A model generated the notes under the pieces. That model did no database searches and had not been told where the DNA came from. It saw nothing but the letters and a program-made list of their open reading frames with translations. The position numbers were made by a program, and so were the translations under genes. From Phycisphaeraceae bacterium (GTDB lineage Bacteria; Planctomycetota; Phycisphaerae; Phycisphaerales; Phycisphaeraceae), in assembly GCA_963674705.1 (NCBI GenBank), contig OY771506.1, positions 2,432,001-2,496,000 on the forward strand: a DNA stretch of 64,000 bases, in the 5' to 3' direction. This document shows, in pieces, positions 42,650-52,900 of the stretch (its first letter is position 1; the number at the start of each line of letters is the position of its first letter).

Positions 42650-42699
42650 ATTGGCCTGTCGCAGCCGGTTGTCAAGGCAATTCCAGCTAAACTGTGAAA

Positions 42700-43116
42700 A
42701 TGGTTACTCAACAAACACTACGGATACAGACAAGCCGTCACGGGCAGATGCACGATCTGACCGGCGAGGTGGCCGGGATTGTCCGGGCGTCTGGGATCAA
42801 GATCGGGACCGTTACTATCTCTAACCTTGGCTCGACCGGGGCGATCGGGTGCATCGAGTTTGAGGACGGGCTGATGGAAGACCTGCCGGCGATCCTCGAC
42901 AAGCTAATTCCGCCGTCACGGGACTACGGACACGAGCGGGCCTGGCATGATGGCAACGGGCATTCGCACCTGCAGGCCACCTGGTTAGGTCAATCCCTGA
43001 CGCTGCCGATCACCGACGGCCAACCCAACCTCGGCACGTGGCAGCAGGTGTTCCATCTTGAATGCGATGTGAAACCACGGACGCGCACGATTGTGGTGAC
43101 GGTGATGGGGGAATGA
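42700..43116 (+). CDS. yjbQ: YjbQ/UPF0047 family protein
   Basis: GSTGAI..IE, Y.H....DGNGHSHL.A and LGTWQQVF..E.D..PR.R. Confidence 0.9.
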   Translation: MVTQQTLRIQTSRHGQMHDLTGEVAGIVRASGIKIGTVTISNLGSTGAIGCIEFEDGLMEDLPAILDKLIPPSRDYGHERAWHDGNGHSHLQATWLGQSLTLPITDGQPNLGTWQQVFHLECDVKPRTRTIVVTVMGE

Positions 43117-43119
43117 GCT

Positions 43120-43212
43120 TAGCCGCGAATGGACGCAAATAGACGCGAATAGGAAGAATCGGTTTAGATTGATTCATATACATTTGCGTTGATTCGCGTT
43201 CATTTGCGGCTA
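43120..43212. repeat. Inverted repeat with 10-nt periodic arms
   Basis: AGCCGCGAAT GGACGCAAAT AGACGCGAAT versus ATTTGCGTTG ATTCGCGTTC ATTTGCGGCT. Confidence 0.8.
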
Positions 43213-43221
43213 TGAAGTTTC

Positions 43222-44364
43222 CTATACCCGCAGGAAGATCTTCTTCTTGTAGAGGAAGTAGAGGAACAGCCACTTCAGCGTGATGACGGCGAGGGTGATG
43301 ACCATCGGCTGCCAGTCTTTATCGAACAGTGAAGCGGTGCCGGTGAAGAGGAATTCGGCGGCGTGCTTGAAGTCGATCACGCGCGGGGCCATGTAGATGG
43401 TGATGGCATTGAGCCCGATGACACGGAAGAAGAAGGTCCACTTCTTGCATTCCCAGACATCGATCACGAGATAGAAAAGCGCCAATAGCAGCAGTGAGAT
43501 GCCACCGGCCTGCAGGTTGAAGGTCGTGGTCCAAGCGGCTTTGATCGGCGGGTACCACGGCGCGATTGCCAGGCCGATACCGAGGAACACGATGCCTGCC
43601 ACGGCCAGTTGCCAGGTCTTGCGGATGCCTGAGACATCAGGGCGACGTAGTGCGTGGCCGGCTAACGCGCCCAAAAGCGTGATACCTGTAGCCGAAACGA
43701 CACAGAGGATGCCTTCGGGATCGAACATCTGTACGCCATCGACCTTGCCGTAGAGGTTTCCTGGCAGGAGCATGCGGTCGATGTAGCCGTTGATACAGCC
43801 TTCGGGTGTAAGGACGCCCGCCCCAACACCCGGGACCGGTACAAATAGTTGGATGGCCGCGTACCCGATCAGGATGCCAAACAACCATGCCATGCGGGAC
43901 ATGAATGACTTCGTATACAAAACAATCAGCGAGGCAAACAGGTATGCGATCCCGATCTGGCCCAGCACACTCGGCCATCGCATTTCGGCGAACTTAAAGT
44001 TCAGGATATAGTTGCACACCCAACCAAGCAGGACCAACACGATCGCACGAATGACAACCTTGCGGACGATGTCTGTTTTACTCGCACCTTTCTGTCTGCG
44101 TGAACCCTGTGCGTAGGGGATCGCCACTCCGGAGATAAACATGAACAGCGGGAAGACCATATCCATGGCTTGCAGGCCTTCCCAATCGACATGTTCCAAT
44201 TGCTTATTCATCGCATCCGCCCAGCCCCAGTCCGTATTACGGGCGATGTGGTGGAAGATGCTGCTGCCCCCGATGATCCAGAACATGTCAAAGCCACGCA
44301 GCGTGTCCAGGGACCACAGGCGCTTGCTGGGCAGGTCGGTTTGCAGAACTTGGGTGTCTGACAT
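43222..44364 (-). CDS. HGSNAT/NagX-like (DUF5009/DUF1624) membrane acyltransferase
   Basis: RLWSLDTLRGFDM, QLEH..WEG...D.VFPLF.FI.GV, VLGQIG.AY, DPEG.L, PI.K..WT and G.NAI.IY. Confidence 0.88.
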   Translation of the reverse strand: MSDTQVLQTDLPSKRLWSLDTLRGFDMFWIIGGSSIFHHIARNTDWGWADAMNKQLEHVDWEGLQAMDMVFPLFMFISGVAIPYAQGSRRQKGASKTDIVRKVVIRAIVLVLLGWVCNYILNFKFAEMRWPSVLGQIGIAYLFASLIVLYTKSFMSRMAWLFGILIGYAAIQLFVPVPGVGAGVLTPEGCINGYIDRMLLPGNLYGKVDGVQMFDPEGILCVVSATGITLLGALAGHALRRPDVSGIRKTWQLAVAGIVFLGIGLAIAPWYPPIKAAWTTTFNLQAGGISLLLLALFYLVIDVWECKKWTFFFRVIGLNAITIYMAPRVIDFKHAAEFLFTGTASLFDKDWQPMVITLAVITLKWLFLYFLYKKKIFLRV

Positions 44365-44432
44365 CAGGGCGTCTCCGGTGGAATTGGAGGCGCAGTATAA
44401 CGTCAGCAACAGTCGGATAGGATTATTGGGGA

Positions 44433-46979
44433 TTATTCCTCATCATTACCGCCGGGGGCCGACCAACCGGTCGGGCTCTCCAGGATGGTCATATCCGGTC
44501 CGTTCTCGACGCCGAACATGCTCTGCGTGCGTCGCAGCCAGATACGCATGATGATCCAGAGGAACATGCAGACGGTCAGCAGGCCGCCGAAGATGGCGGC
44601 GGAGACTTTCAGCCGATCGTCGCGCACGGGTTCGGGGCTGCGTGTTGCGGCACGGGCGATCTGGACCGTGTCTCTACGGTTATTCAACCGGTCTTGCGCC
44701 AGTTGATGGCCAACGATCGCGCGGCCAATGGATTCAAGCACGGGCACACACACCTCCTTGTCGGAGTTGGTGTATTTCATATCAATACGGCCCGGCTTGC
44801 CCGAGATCGTCAGGTTTGTGTCAAGATGCTGCGCGAGCATGTTTGTGCTGCTGAACAGACGAACACCGCGTTGCTCAAGCTGAGCAAGTGATTCTTTGAG
44901 CACCGGTTCGCTGGTGATCGTTTGTCGAGAGCTGTTAATCCATTCACCCTCTGATGGTGCTTCTTCACCCTCGGGCAGCGTGATCTGGATGGCCATATCG
45001 CCTTGCCAGGTCGGTTGCATCACCTTGTGGCCGATCGCGTAGCTGAACGAGGCAAGCAGGATCGTCGCGATCACCATGCCGACGACCATGCTGGTCGCCT
45101 TGCTCGTGGCCCACTTGCGGATCATTTCGGATTCGGAGACCTCGAGGAACTTCTTGACCTCGACGAGCATCTGCCGTTCCTTGTTTAGACCGGCATATTG
45201 CTGGCTGCTGGAGGTGACGCGTTTTTCCTCATCCTTAATCTTTTGTGACTTCTCGTCGAGCGATTCCTTGGCCTTGGCCAGTTCTTGCTCGCGTTTTGCG
45301 AGTTTGTCGCTTTCGTGTTCCAGTTGCTTGGTTTGCTCGGCCAGGGCCTGTTCTTTTTTCTTCAGGCTCTCACGCTCGTTGACCAGTTGTTCCTTGCCTT
45401 GAGCAAGCGTCTTCTGGAACGTGGCGAGTTTGGTCTTCAACTCGGCTTCACGCTTCTCGATCTCCGCGTTCTTGCCTTCCAGATCCTGCGTCTGCTTGGA
45501 TTCGAGTTGGGCCTGTAGCGAGGTCAACTCTTCATTGAGCTGGTTGGCCTGCTCTTCGAGCTTGGACTTCTCTTCGACAAGCTGTGAAGCCTTACTTTGA
45601 AGCTCGGACTTTTGCGATTCAAGCTGATTCTTTTCGGATTCGAGTTCGGTCTTCTGGCTTTCGAGTTCGCTCTGGCGTGACTGGGCATCGTTCAGCTTGG
45701 TGCGCAGCTCGTTGATCTGCTCGCTGAGCTGGTTATCCGCTTCACTTTGAGATTGTTCCTGTTGCTCCGCCTGTTTGAGGCGAGCGGCGATGGCAGACTC
45801 ACGTTGTTCCAGGTCAGACTGCAACTCATTGAGCAGCGACTTCTGTTCTTCGAGTTCCTTGCTTTGGCTGGCGTGTTCCTGCTGTTTTTCCGCGAGTTCG
45901 GATTCACCGGCTTCGATGGCGGACCGCTTGGCTTCAAGCTCTTTGCTCTGAGCCGCGATGAGTTCACGTTGTTTGTCCAGCTCGGTGCGGGTTGATTCCA
46001 ACTCGGTGCGTTGCTGCTCGATCTGTTGGCGCTGTTCTGCCAGATCAGCTTGCTTGGTCTCGAGTTCCTGACGGGTCTGCTTGAGCTGTTCGCCCAATTC
46101 ACCGGCTTTGCCGGCCTCGGCACTGAGCTGGTCGAACTCGGCCTGAAGCGTTTCCTTGCTCTGTAGCGCCTGCTGACAAAGTTCATTGGCTTCGCTGAGC
46201 TGATTGCGAACTTCATTCAGCTCACGCTTCAGTTGCTCAGCCTGTTCGTAGTTTTCTGATTTGGAAGCCTCAAGCGCTTCGCGTTCTTGTTCGAGCTGCT
46301 GTTGTTGAGCCTTGAGAGATTCGGCCTGCTCCTGCAGTGCTTCGTCGCGTTGGTCTATCTCTTCAGAACGGGCGGCCAACGCATTCTCTGCCTTGTCGAG
46401 CTTGGCGTGTTGTTCGTCCAGCTCGTTGCTGAGTACTTCGTTGGCTTCGGCACGCTCTTCGACCCGAGCGGTCTCCTGCTCCAGGCGTTCGCGTGCGGCG
46501 TCCAGCTCTTTGCGCTGCTCGGCGAACTTCTCCTGTAGTGATTGGGCCTCATGGAGCTTCTGCTCCGCGGCCTTGACCTGCTGCTGGGCGGATTGCTTGA
46601 GTTGGTCGGCTTCCTTGCGTTGATTGTCCAGATCCGCCAGGGCCTGGTCGAGTTCAGCCTGTTTTTGATCCAGTTGCTGTTGGCGCTGCTCGATAGCCTG
46701 CTGGTTAGCCTCGAATTCTGATTGGCGTTCCTCGAATTCGGCCCGCTGCTCATCCAGCTCGATCTGCTTGCGTGCGGCCTGCTCGGCTATCTGCAGAGCA
46801 CGGGCTAACTCATCTTGCGCATGATCAGCCTGCTGACGCACCAGTTCCATCTGGTGGTCGCTTTCCTTTTGCCAGTTCTTGAGTTGTCCCAGCCGTTCTT
46901 CCAGCTCGTTAAGCAGGCCTTCCACCTGGCTGGTGTCTTCCGCCGGGTGTTTGATTGGCTGTGGATTGTCCTGCACCAT
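44433..46979 (-). CDS. Long coiled-coil protein with a C-terminal two-TM Wzz/YveK-like module
   Basis: About 620 aa of E/Q/K/L heptads, TM1 from ~aa 631, an extracytoplasmic loop of ~140 aa, and TM2 near the C-terminus. Confidence 0.75.
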   Translation of the reverse strand: MVQDNPQPIKHPAEDTSQVEGLLNELEERLGQLKNWQKESDHQMELVRQQADHAQDELARALQIAEQAARKQIELDEQRAEFEERQSEFEANQQAIEQRQQQLDQKQAELDQALADLDNQRKEADQLKQSAQQQVKAAEQKLHEAQSLQEKFAEQRKELDAARERLEQETARVEERAEANEVLSNELDEQHAKLDKAENALAARSEEIDQRDEALQEQAESLKAQQQQLEQEREALEASKSENYEQAEQLKRELNEVRNQLSEANELCQQALQSKETLQAEFDQLSAEAGKAGELGEQLKQTRQELETKQADLAEQRQQIEQQRTELESTRTELDKQRELIAAQSKELEAKRSAIEAGESELAEKQQEHASQSKELEEQKSLLNELQSDLEQRESAIAARLKQAEQQEQSQSEADNQLSEQINELRTKLNDAQSRQSELESQKTELESEKNQLESQKSELQSKASQLVEEKSKLEEQANQLNEELTSLQAQLESKQTQDLEGKNAEIEKREAELKTKLATFQKTLAQGKEQLVNERESLKKKEQALAEQTKQLEHESDKLAKREQELAKAKESLDEKSQKIKDEEKRVTSSSQQYAGLNKERQMLVEVKKFLEVSESEMIRKWATSKATSMVVGMVIATILLASFSYAIGHKVMQPTWQGDMAIQITLPEGEEAPSEGEWINSSRQTITSEPVLKESLAQLEQRGVRLFSSTNMLAQHLDTNLTISGKPGRIDMKYTNSDKEVCVPVLESIGRAIVGHQLAQDRLNNRRDTVQIARAATRSPEPVRDDRLKVSAAIFGGLLTVCMFLWIIMRIWLRRTQSMFGVENGPDMTILESPTGWSAPGGNDEE

Positions 46980-47141
46980 GTGCTCACACCTTATGCGCTG
47001 GTATCGTTGGTCTTATCGGGTAGTTCCAGGCCCTGCGTGAGCTTGAAACGGGTAGAATCGTTATAAGCCGTACGGCTTGTCCGTCACAGATGTTGCAGAC
47101 AGGCGAATATAGGCTGATAACACCGTGTGGACGTTGCCTAA

Positions 47142-48011
47142 ATGTCAGAAACAGCGCAAACAGGCCAGAGCATGCAGACCGATCCGTCGGCAGGGAACGG
47201 CGTGGTGTCGTTGCGTGATGTGACGTTTGGCTACGTGCCCGAGACGCCAGTTATACGGACTCTGAACGCTGATTTGATCCCGGGTCGCGTCTGTGCACTT
47301 ATCGGTCCGAATGCTTCGGGTAAGTCCACACTGCTTAAGCTCATGCTCGGGCAGCTATCGCCGTGGTCAGGATCGATCGAACTGGGAGGGCGGCAGGTCT
47401 CGGAGATCGCTTATCGAGATCGGGCCAGGCAGATCAGCTATGTACCGCAGCGGGGTGTGATGAGTTTTGCTTTCACGGTCCGTGAGGTTGTGGCGATGGG
47501 CCGGTATACGGTGGGCGATCCGGCTGGGTATGTTGATCGGTCTATGGCGTTGTGCGATCTTGCGGACATACAACAGCGGATATTTTTTGAGCTGTCAGGC
47601 GGGCAGCAGCAGCGCGTTCTCTTGGCGCGGGCGATCGCTCAATCAAGCGGGGCGGGGCGAGTGATGCTGCTGGATGAACCTGCGTCCGGGATGGACCTGA
47701 AACATGTGCATCAGACGATGCGTCTGCTTCGCAGTATTGCAGCCGGTGATTTGTTGGATACGCATACTCCTGGTCCGGCTGTGCTGGTCGTTTTGCATGA
47801 TGTGAACCTTGCGGCCCGCTATGCGGACGATATCTGGCTGCTGGATCGGGGAGAGCTGGTCGCATCAGGCGATTGCCCGCGGGTCATGCAGCCGCAGCGG
47901 CTAGAGGCGGTGTATGGCGTCAGGTTCACGCAGATGGAGGTTCCCGGAGGCGGGAAACGAGTAGATGAAACTCCCGTGTTCTGGGTCGATCCGTCCGATA
48001 TAATGCAGTAG
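47142..48011 (+). CDS. ABC transporter ATP-binding protein, iron-chelate/cobalamin/heme (FepC/HmuV-like) class
   Basis: GPNASGKSTLL, F.FTVREVVAMGR, LSGGQQQRV.LARA.AQ, LLDEP, VLHDVNLAARYAD and L..VYG. Confidence 0.9.
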   Translation: MSETAQTGQSMQTDPSAGNGVVSLRDVTFGYVPETPVIRTLNADLIPGRVCALIGPNASGKSTLLKLMLGQLSPWSGSIELGGRQVSEIAYRDRARQISYVPQRGVMSFAFTVREVVAMGRYTVGDPAGYVDRSMALCDLADIQQRIFFELSGGQQQRVLLARAIAQSSGAGRVMLLDEPASGMDLKHVHQTMRLLRSIAAGDLLDTHTPGPAVLVVLHDVNLAARYADDIWLLDRGELVASGDCPRVMQPQRLEAVYGVRFTQMEVPGGGKRVDETPVFWVDPSDIMQ

Positions 48012-48055
48012 CATGACTAGCGCCAGCCGTCTTCTTCAAGCAAAGCGAGATTGCC

Positions 48056-48856
48056 ATGTTAAACAATCCGACACTCACACTTGCCATCGACTGGGCGGAC
48101 TGGATATGGCTTATCTTCGTCGGCGCGGTGATCATCGGTGGCTGGATCAAGAGCCTGAAACAGTCGAGCGACGAGCAGCGTCGACGGGATGAGGGACACA
48201 ATCCCGAAGAACTGGAAGAGATGGCAGCCCGTCGTCGCGAGCAATTACGGCAGGCGGCTCGCAATCGTACGCAGATGTCAACTGGCGGGGCGGCCCGTAG
48301 TAGCGGCGGAACGGGTGGAGATGCCGGCAACCTGACCATGGCTGAGCGTATCGCCAGAGCCAGGGCCAAGGCGCAGCAGGAACAGCGAGTCCAGCAACCA
48401 CGACGCCAGCCGCAACAAACTCAACCCCAGGTGCCAAACGAAGCGCAGCGTCGGGCGCTGGCTCAACGCCAGGCTGAGCTTGAACGCCGACGCCAGGCTG
48501 AACGAGCGCAGCAGCAGGCCCAGCATCAAGCCCAGCAGCGAGCACGCCAACAGGCTCAACAACGGGCTCGGCAACAACAAGCCCAAGCTCATGCCAGGGC
48601 TCAGGCTCTTGCGCGTCAGCGTGGAACACTTATTCACGATCACGTTGTGACGCCGGGTCCAACTGAGTCCACGACGCGTCGGACAACCACAGCAGCCCAA
48701 TCTCGAACCACTCGGGCAGCCTCGCCCATATTGACACCGACGGTGATCAGCGACATATCGTCTGAAGGACTCACACTCGCCGATCTGCGAAAAGCGATTA
48801 TCATGAATGAGGTGCTAGGCAAACCGGTTTCTCTACGCGATGCCGACAGTTATTAA
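48056..48856 (+). CDS. Membrane-anchored Gln/Arg-rich protein with a YqfB-like C-terminal motif
   Basis: N-terminal TM helix, low-complexity QARQQA region and C-terminal LRKAIIMNEVLGKPVSLR. Confidence 0.6.
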   Translation: MLNNPTLTLAIDWADWIWLIFVGAVIIGGWIKSLKQSSDEQRRRDEGHNPEELEEMAARRREQLRQAARNRTQMSTGGAARSSGGTGGDAGNLTMAERIARARAKAQQEQRVQQPRRQPQQTQPQVPNEAQRRALAQRQAELERRRQAERAQQQAQHQAQQRARQQAQQRARQQQAQAHARAQALARQRGTLIHDHVVTPGPTESTTRRTTTAAQSRTTRAASPILTPTVISDISSEGLTLADLRKAIIMNEVLGKPVSLRDADSY

Positions 48857-48884
48857 ACCCTTCAATTGTTCATGATTCTTAAAC

Positions 48885-49463
48885 ATGCAGACACTCGATC
48901 GTGTTGAAGTTCTGACTGCTGATATCACGACGCTCGAAGTTGATGCGATTGTGAATGCTGCTAATGAATCCTTGCTTGGCGGCGGGGGGGTGGATGGCGC
49001 GATCCATCGTGCGGCCGGCGGCGAGTTACTCGCTTACTGCAAAACATTAGGTGGCTGTCCAACGGGTTTAGCCAAGATCACGCCCGCGTTTAACCTGGAA
49101 AAACAAGGTATACGGCACATCATCCATACTGTTGGTCCGGTGTGGCACGGCGATGATTCGCTAAAACTCGGGTACACGCACGAAGACACGCTACTCGCGT
49201 CCTGCTACCACCAGTCACTGACGCTAGCGACCGAACATGGTTGCAGGTCCGTTGCGTTTCCCAATATCTCCACCGGCGTTTATCACTTCCCCAAGTTACG
49301 AGCGGCGAAGATCGCATTCGGGCATGTCTATGGCTATCTCGATAAGCATGAGATGCCGGAGCGTGTTGTGCTGTGTTGTTTCAGCAATGAAGATGCGGAT
49401 ATCGTCAGGCAAGCGATCGAAACGCGCGAAGACTGGATGATGAACCGTCGTCGGATGGGCTGA
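48885..49463 (+). CDS. Macro domain protein (O-acetyl-ADP-ribose deacetylase, YmdB-like)
   Basis: DIT...VDAIVNAAN.SLLGGGGVDGAIHRAAG, IIHTVGPVW and AFPNISTGVY.FP. Confidence 0.93.
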   Translation: MQTLDRVEVLTADITTLEVDAIVNAANESLLGGGGVDGAIHRAAGGELLAYCKTLGGCPTGLAKITPAFNLEKQGIRHIIHTVGPVWHGDDSLKLGYTHEDTLLASCYHQSLTLATEHGCRSVAFPNISTGVYHFPKLRAAKIAFGHVYGYLDKHEMPERVVLCCFSNEDADIVRQAIETREDWMMNRRRMG

Positions 49464-49922
49464 TTAGCTTCCCAACAAACCAGCCTTCAAACTCGCCTGC
49501 GCCAGGATGATCGCGGCGGCATTGGATTGGTTGTAGCTGCGGATCTGCCCGAGGATCGGGATGTTCACGCGTCGGTCCGGCCAACGTTGCGTCCATGCGT
49601 CCGGCAAACCCGTGTTTTCGTTACCCATGATCAACACATCGCCATCGCGGTAGTCAGGTTGATCAAAACGTAATTCACCGAACTTTGTGATCAACCATGG
49701 ACGGCGGTCACCCAGCCATTCAAGAAACATCTCATCGTTTTCGTGTTCGGTAAGCCGGACGTGAGGCCAATAGTCGAGGCCTGCTCGTTGAACGGCATGA
49801 TCAGTTATCTCAAATTTGTAGGGTTTGATGAGGTGCAGCTGTGTCCGAAAGCCGACAGTTGTGCGCGCAATGCTGCCCGTGTTTTGTGGAATGGAAGGAT
49901 GATAAATGGCAATATGAAGCAT
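49464..49922 (-). CDS. trmL: tRNA (cytidine/uridine(34)-2'-O)-methyltransferase
   Basis: P.IPQNTG.IART, LHLIKP..F, RAGLDYW, G.E..GLP and IP....RS.N.SN (SPOUT fold). Confidence 0.9.
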   Translation of the reverse strand: MLHIAIYHPSIPQNTGSIARTTVGFRTQLHLIKPYKFEITDHAVQRAGLDYWPHVRLTEHENDEMFLEWLGDRRPWLITKFGELRFDQPDYRDGDVLIMGNENTGLPDAWTQRWPDRRVNIPILGQIRSYNQSNAAAIILAQASLKAGLLGS

Positions 49923-49968
49923 GTTTATTGGTAACGAGGTAAACGTGATATTATTCAGTGTTCCACCA

Positions 49969-52900
49969 CTATCTGCCTACTATAGCGGCCTCTTGTAAGA
50001 CCGGCCTCACCAACAGTTTCCGCAGTACCGCCAGCAACGTATCCGCCGGTTCGAGGTAATTGCTCGGTGGACGATAGTACACAGTGGATTCGTCTAAAAC
50101 GCTGACCCGCCCGGGTGCTGCGCTGAATACCTGCTCGAGTTTCTGTGGTTGTTTGGTTGTAAAGATCAGATCCGGGCCTTCCAGTTTTAGCGTGTCGATA
50201 CCTAACGTGCTGGCGGCGATGCGGACTTCTGTGAGGTTGATCAGCGTCTGCGCTTGCTTGGGTGCTTCGCCGTAGGCATCACGGATACTCTGTACGACTT
50301 CTTCGAGTTCCTTGAGCGTCGCGGCCCGGCTGATGCGCCGGTACGCTTCCATGCGGTGCTTATCGCTTGGGATGTAACGCTTCGGTAACGCCCCGGCGAT
50401 CGGCAATTCCAGGTGTGTCTTGGCAGGTTCGATGACGGGCTCATGTCGCAAACGCTTGGCGGCATGATCGAGCAGCGTGCAGTACATCTCGTAACCGACC
50501 GCCGCGATGTGTCCGGACTGCTCGGCGCCGAGCAGGTTGCCCGCACCTCGGATTTCCAGGTCTCGCATCGCGATCTTGAAACCCGCGCCCAGCATGGAGT
50601 ACTGCTCGATTGCCTTAAGACGACGCGCTGCGACTTCAGTCAACGGACGGTCCTCAGGCAATAACAAATAACAATACGCACGGTGTTTGTACCGCCCGAC
50701 GCGCCCACGCAATTGATGCAGATCCGCTAATCCGAAGTGATCCGCGCGATTGATAAACATCGTATTCGCCAGTGGATTGTCGATGCCGGATTCGATGATC
50801 GTTGTCGAAACAAGGATGTCTGCTTCGCGTCGCATAAACTTGAGCATTACTTTTTCAAGTTCACGAGAAGGCATCTGCCCGTGGCCGATGATGATCTTCG
50901 CATCCGGAACGAGTTGCTGGATATCGTCTGCCACACTCTGGATGTTGTGCACACGGTTGTGGACAAAGTAGACCTGTCCGTCGCGGTTCAGTTCGCGGAT
51001 GATCGCCTGTTTTACTCGCTTGCGATCGAACGGTACGACCTCGGTCACAATCGCACGCCGGTCGGCGGGGGGAGTTGATAACGAGCTGATATCACGCAAC
51101 CCGATCATCGACATGTGCAGCGTGCGTGGGATCGGCGTCGCGGTCAGCGTCAGGACTTCGGCTGTCAGGCGGAAACGCAGCAACTGGTTTTTGTGTTCAA
51201 CGCCGAAACGTTGCTCTTCATCGATAATAACCAGGCCAAGGTCGGCGAAGTGCACATCCTTGGAAAGCAGGCGGTGTGTGCCGATGATGATGTCGATATT
51301 GCCTTCCGCCAGGTCCTTGAGCATCTTGGTTTGCTCGGCCCCGGTCTTGAAGCGGGAGATCGACGTGACACGGAACGGGTAGTCGGCCATACGTTGAGCG
51401 AACGTGCGTCCGTGTTGTTCAGCGAGCACGGTCGTCGGTACGAGGACCGCCACCTGCTTGCCGAACTCCGCTGCTTTGAACGCGGCTCGGATCGCGACTT
51501 CCGTTTTACCGAAACCGACATCCCCGCAGACAAGCCGATCCATCGGCTGGTCCTTACCCATGTCTTGTTTAATCGCGGAAATCGCGGCGAGTTGATCTTC
51601 GGTTTCGTCGTAGGGGAATTCTGCTTCAAACTCACGTTGCCATGCTGTGTCGCCGGGGTATCGTGTGCCGGGCTGAGTTTGCCTCGCCGCTTGAACGCGT
51701 AACAGTTCCGCCGCCAGGTCTTTGACTGCATCGGCGACCTGTTGTTTCTGCTTGTTCCACTTCTTCCCACCGAGCGTCGATAACGGTGGACGGCCTTCAA
51801 AACCACCAACATACTTCTGCACCAGGTCGATCTGAGTGGCCGGGACATGCAGCAGTGCGTCACCTGCGAACGCAAGCGTCAGGTATTCCTGGCTGAGCCC
51901 GCCACGCCGCATGGTTTTGATGCCGGTGAACTTTGCGATACCGTGATCGACGTGGACCACGTAATCCCCGACGTCCAGGTCGAGGAACGCATCGCCCGCC
52001 TGTGCACCGCCGGTGATACGCCGAACACGTCGGCGGATGTGATAACGGTGGAATAGTTCGTGGTGGGGAACAAGGTGCAGTGTCGAATCTGACACGTTCC
52101 ATGCGAATCCGCGATGCAGGTAACCGACTTCGAGTGTGAATTCGTTAAGAGCTTGCGGTGCATGTTCCTGGATCAACTCACGCAATCGGTCACGCTCCGC
52201 AGGCTTCTGGCAGAGGACTACGACCTGTTGATCTTTGTCTTGCGCAAGTTCGCCAAGCTGCTTGATTGCACCTTTGGCGTCTTCGTCAAAAGTTGTGAGT
52301 TGTTCGACCGGCAGCGACATGACACCGTCCTGCCCGGCTCCGGAGGAGTACTGATTACACTCAATATGCGGCCGCGCGTGGATCTTGCTGAAGATGGTGT
52401 TCGGTGCATACACACCAACCGCGTTGGTCAGCCGTTCGTAATACCCGCGTGCCTGCTCCGATAGCTCCATCACTTCGTGCAGGATGAAGACAGTATCTTC
52501 AGGCAGAAGGTCGATGAGATTGGCGGTGCTTTCGTTCTTTTGAATCTGTTCCGTACTTGCTCCGATGATGCGAGCCGAATCGATCGGACCGGCCGAACCC
52601 ATCGTGTCGGGGTTGATACGGTGGATCGATTCAACTGTGTCGCCGAAGTAGTCGAGTCGGATCGGGCCGAGCAGTTGGTTGTCGGATTCGCTGTCCGTAG
52701 TGGAGCCGGCGGGGGGGTAGATGTCCAGTATCCCGCCGCGCGAAGCAAAATCGCCCGGTTGTTCGATCGCATCCAGCCGTTGGTAACCCGCAGCCGTCAG
52801 CCATTCCATCAATTCGCCCGGCGGCAGGTCTTCATCCTTACGGATCACCTTCGAGAACGACTGCAACGACTCCGGCTCAGGTACGCCTTGCATCAACGCC

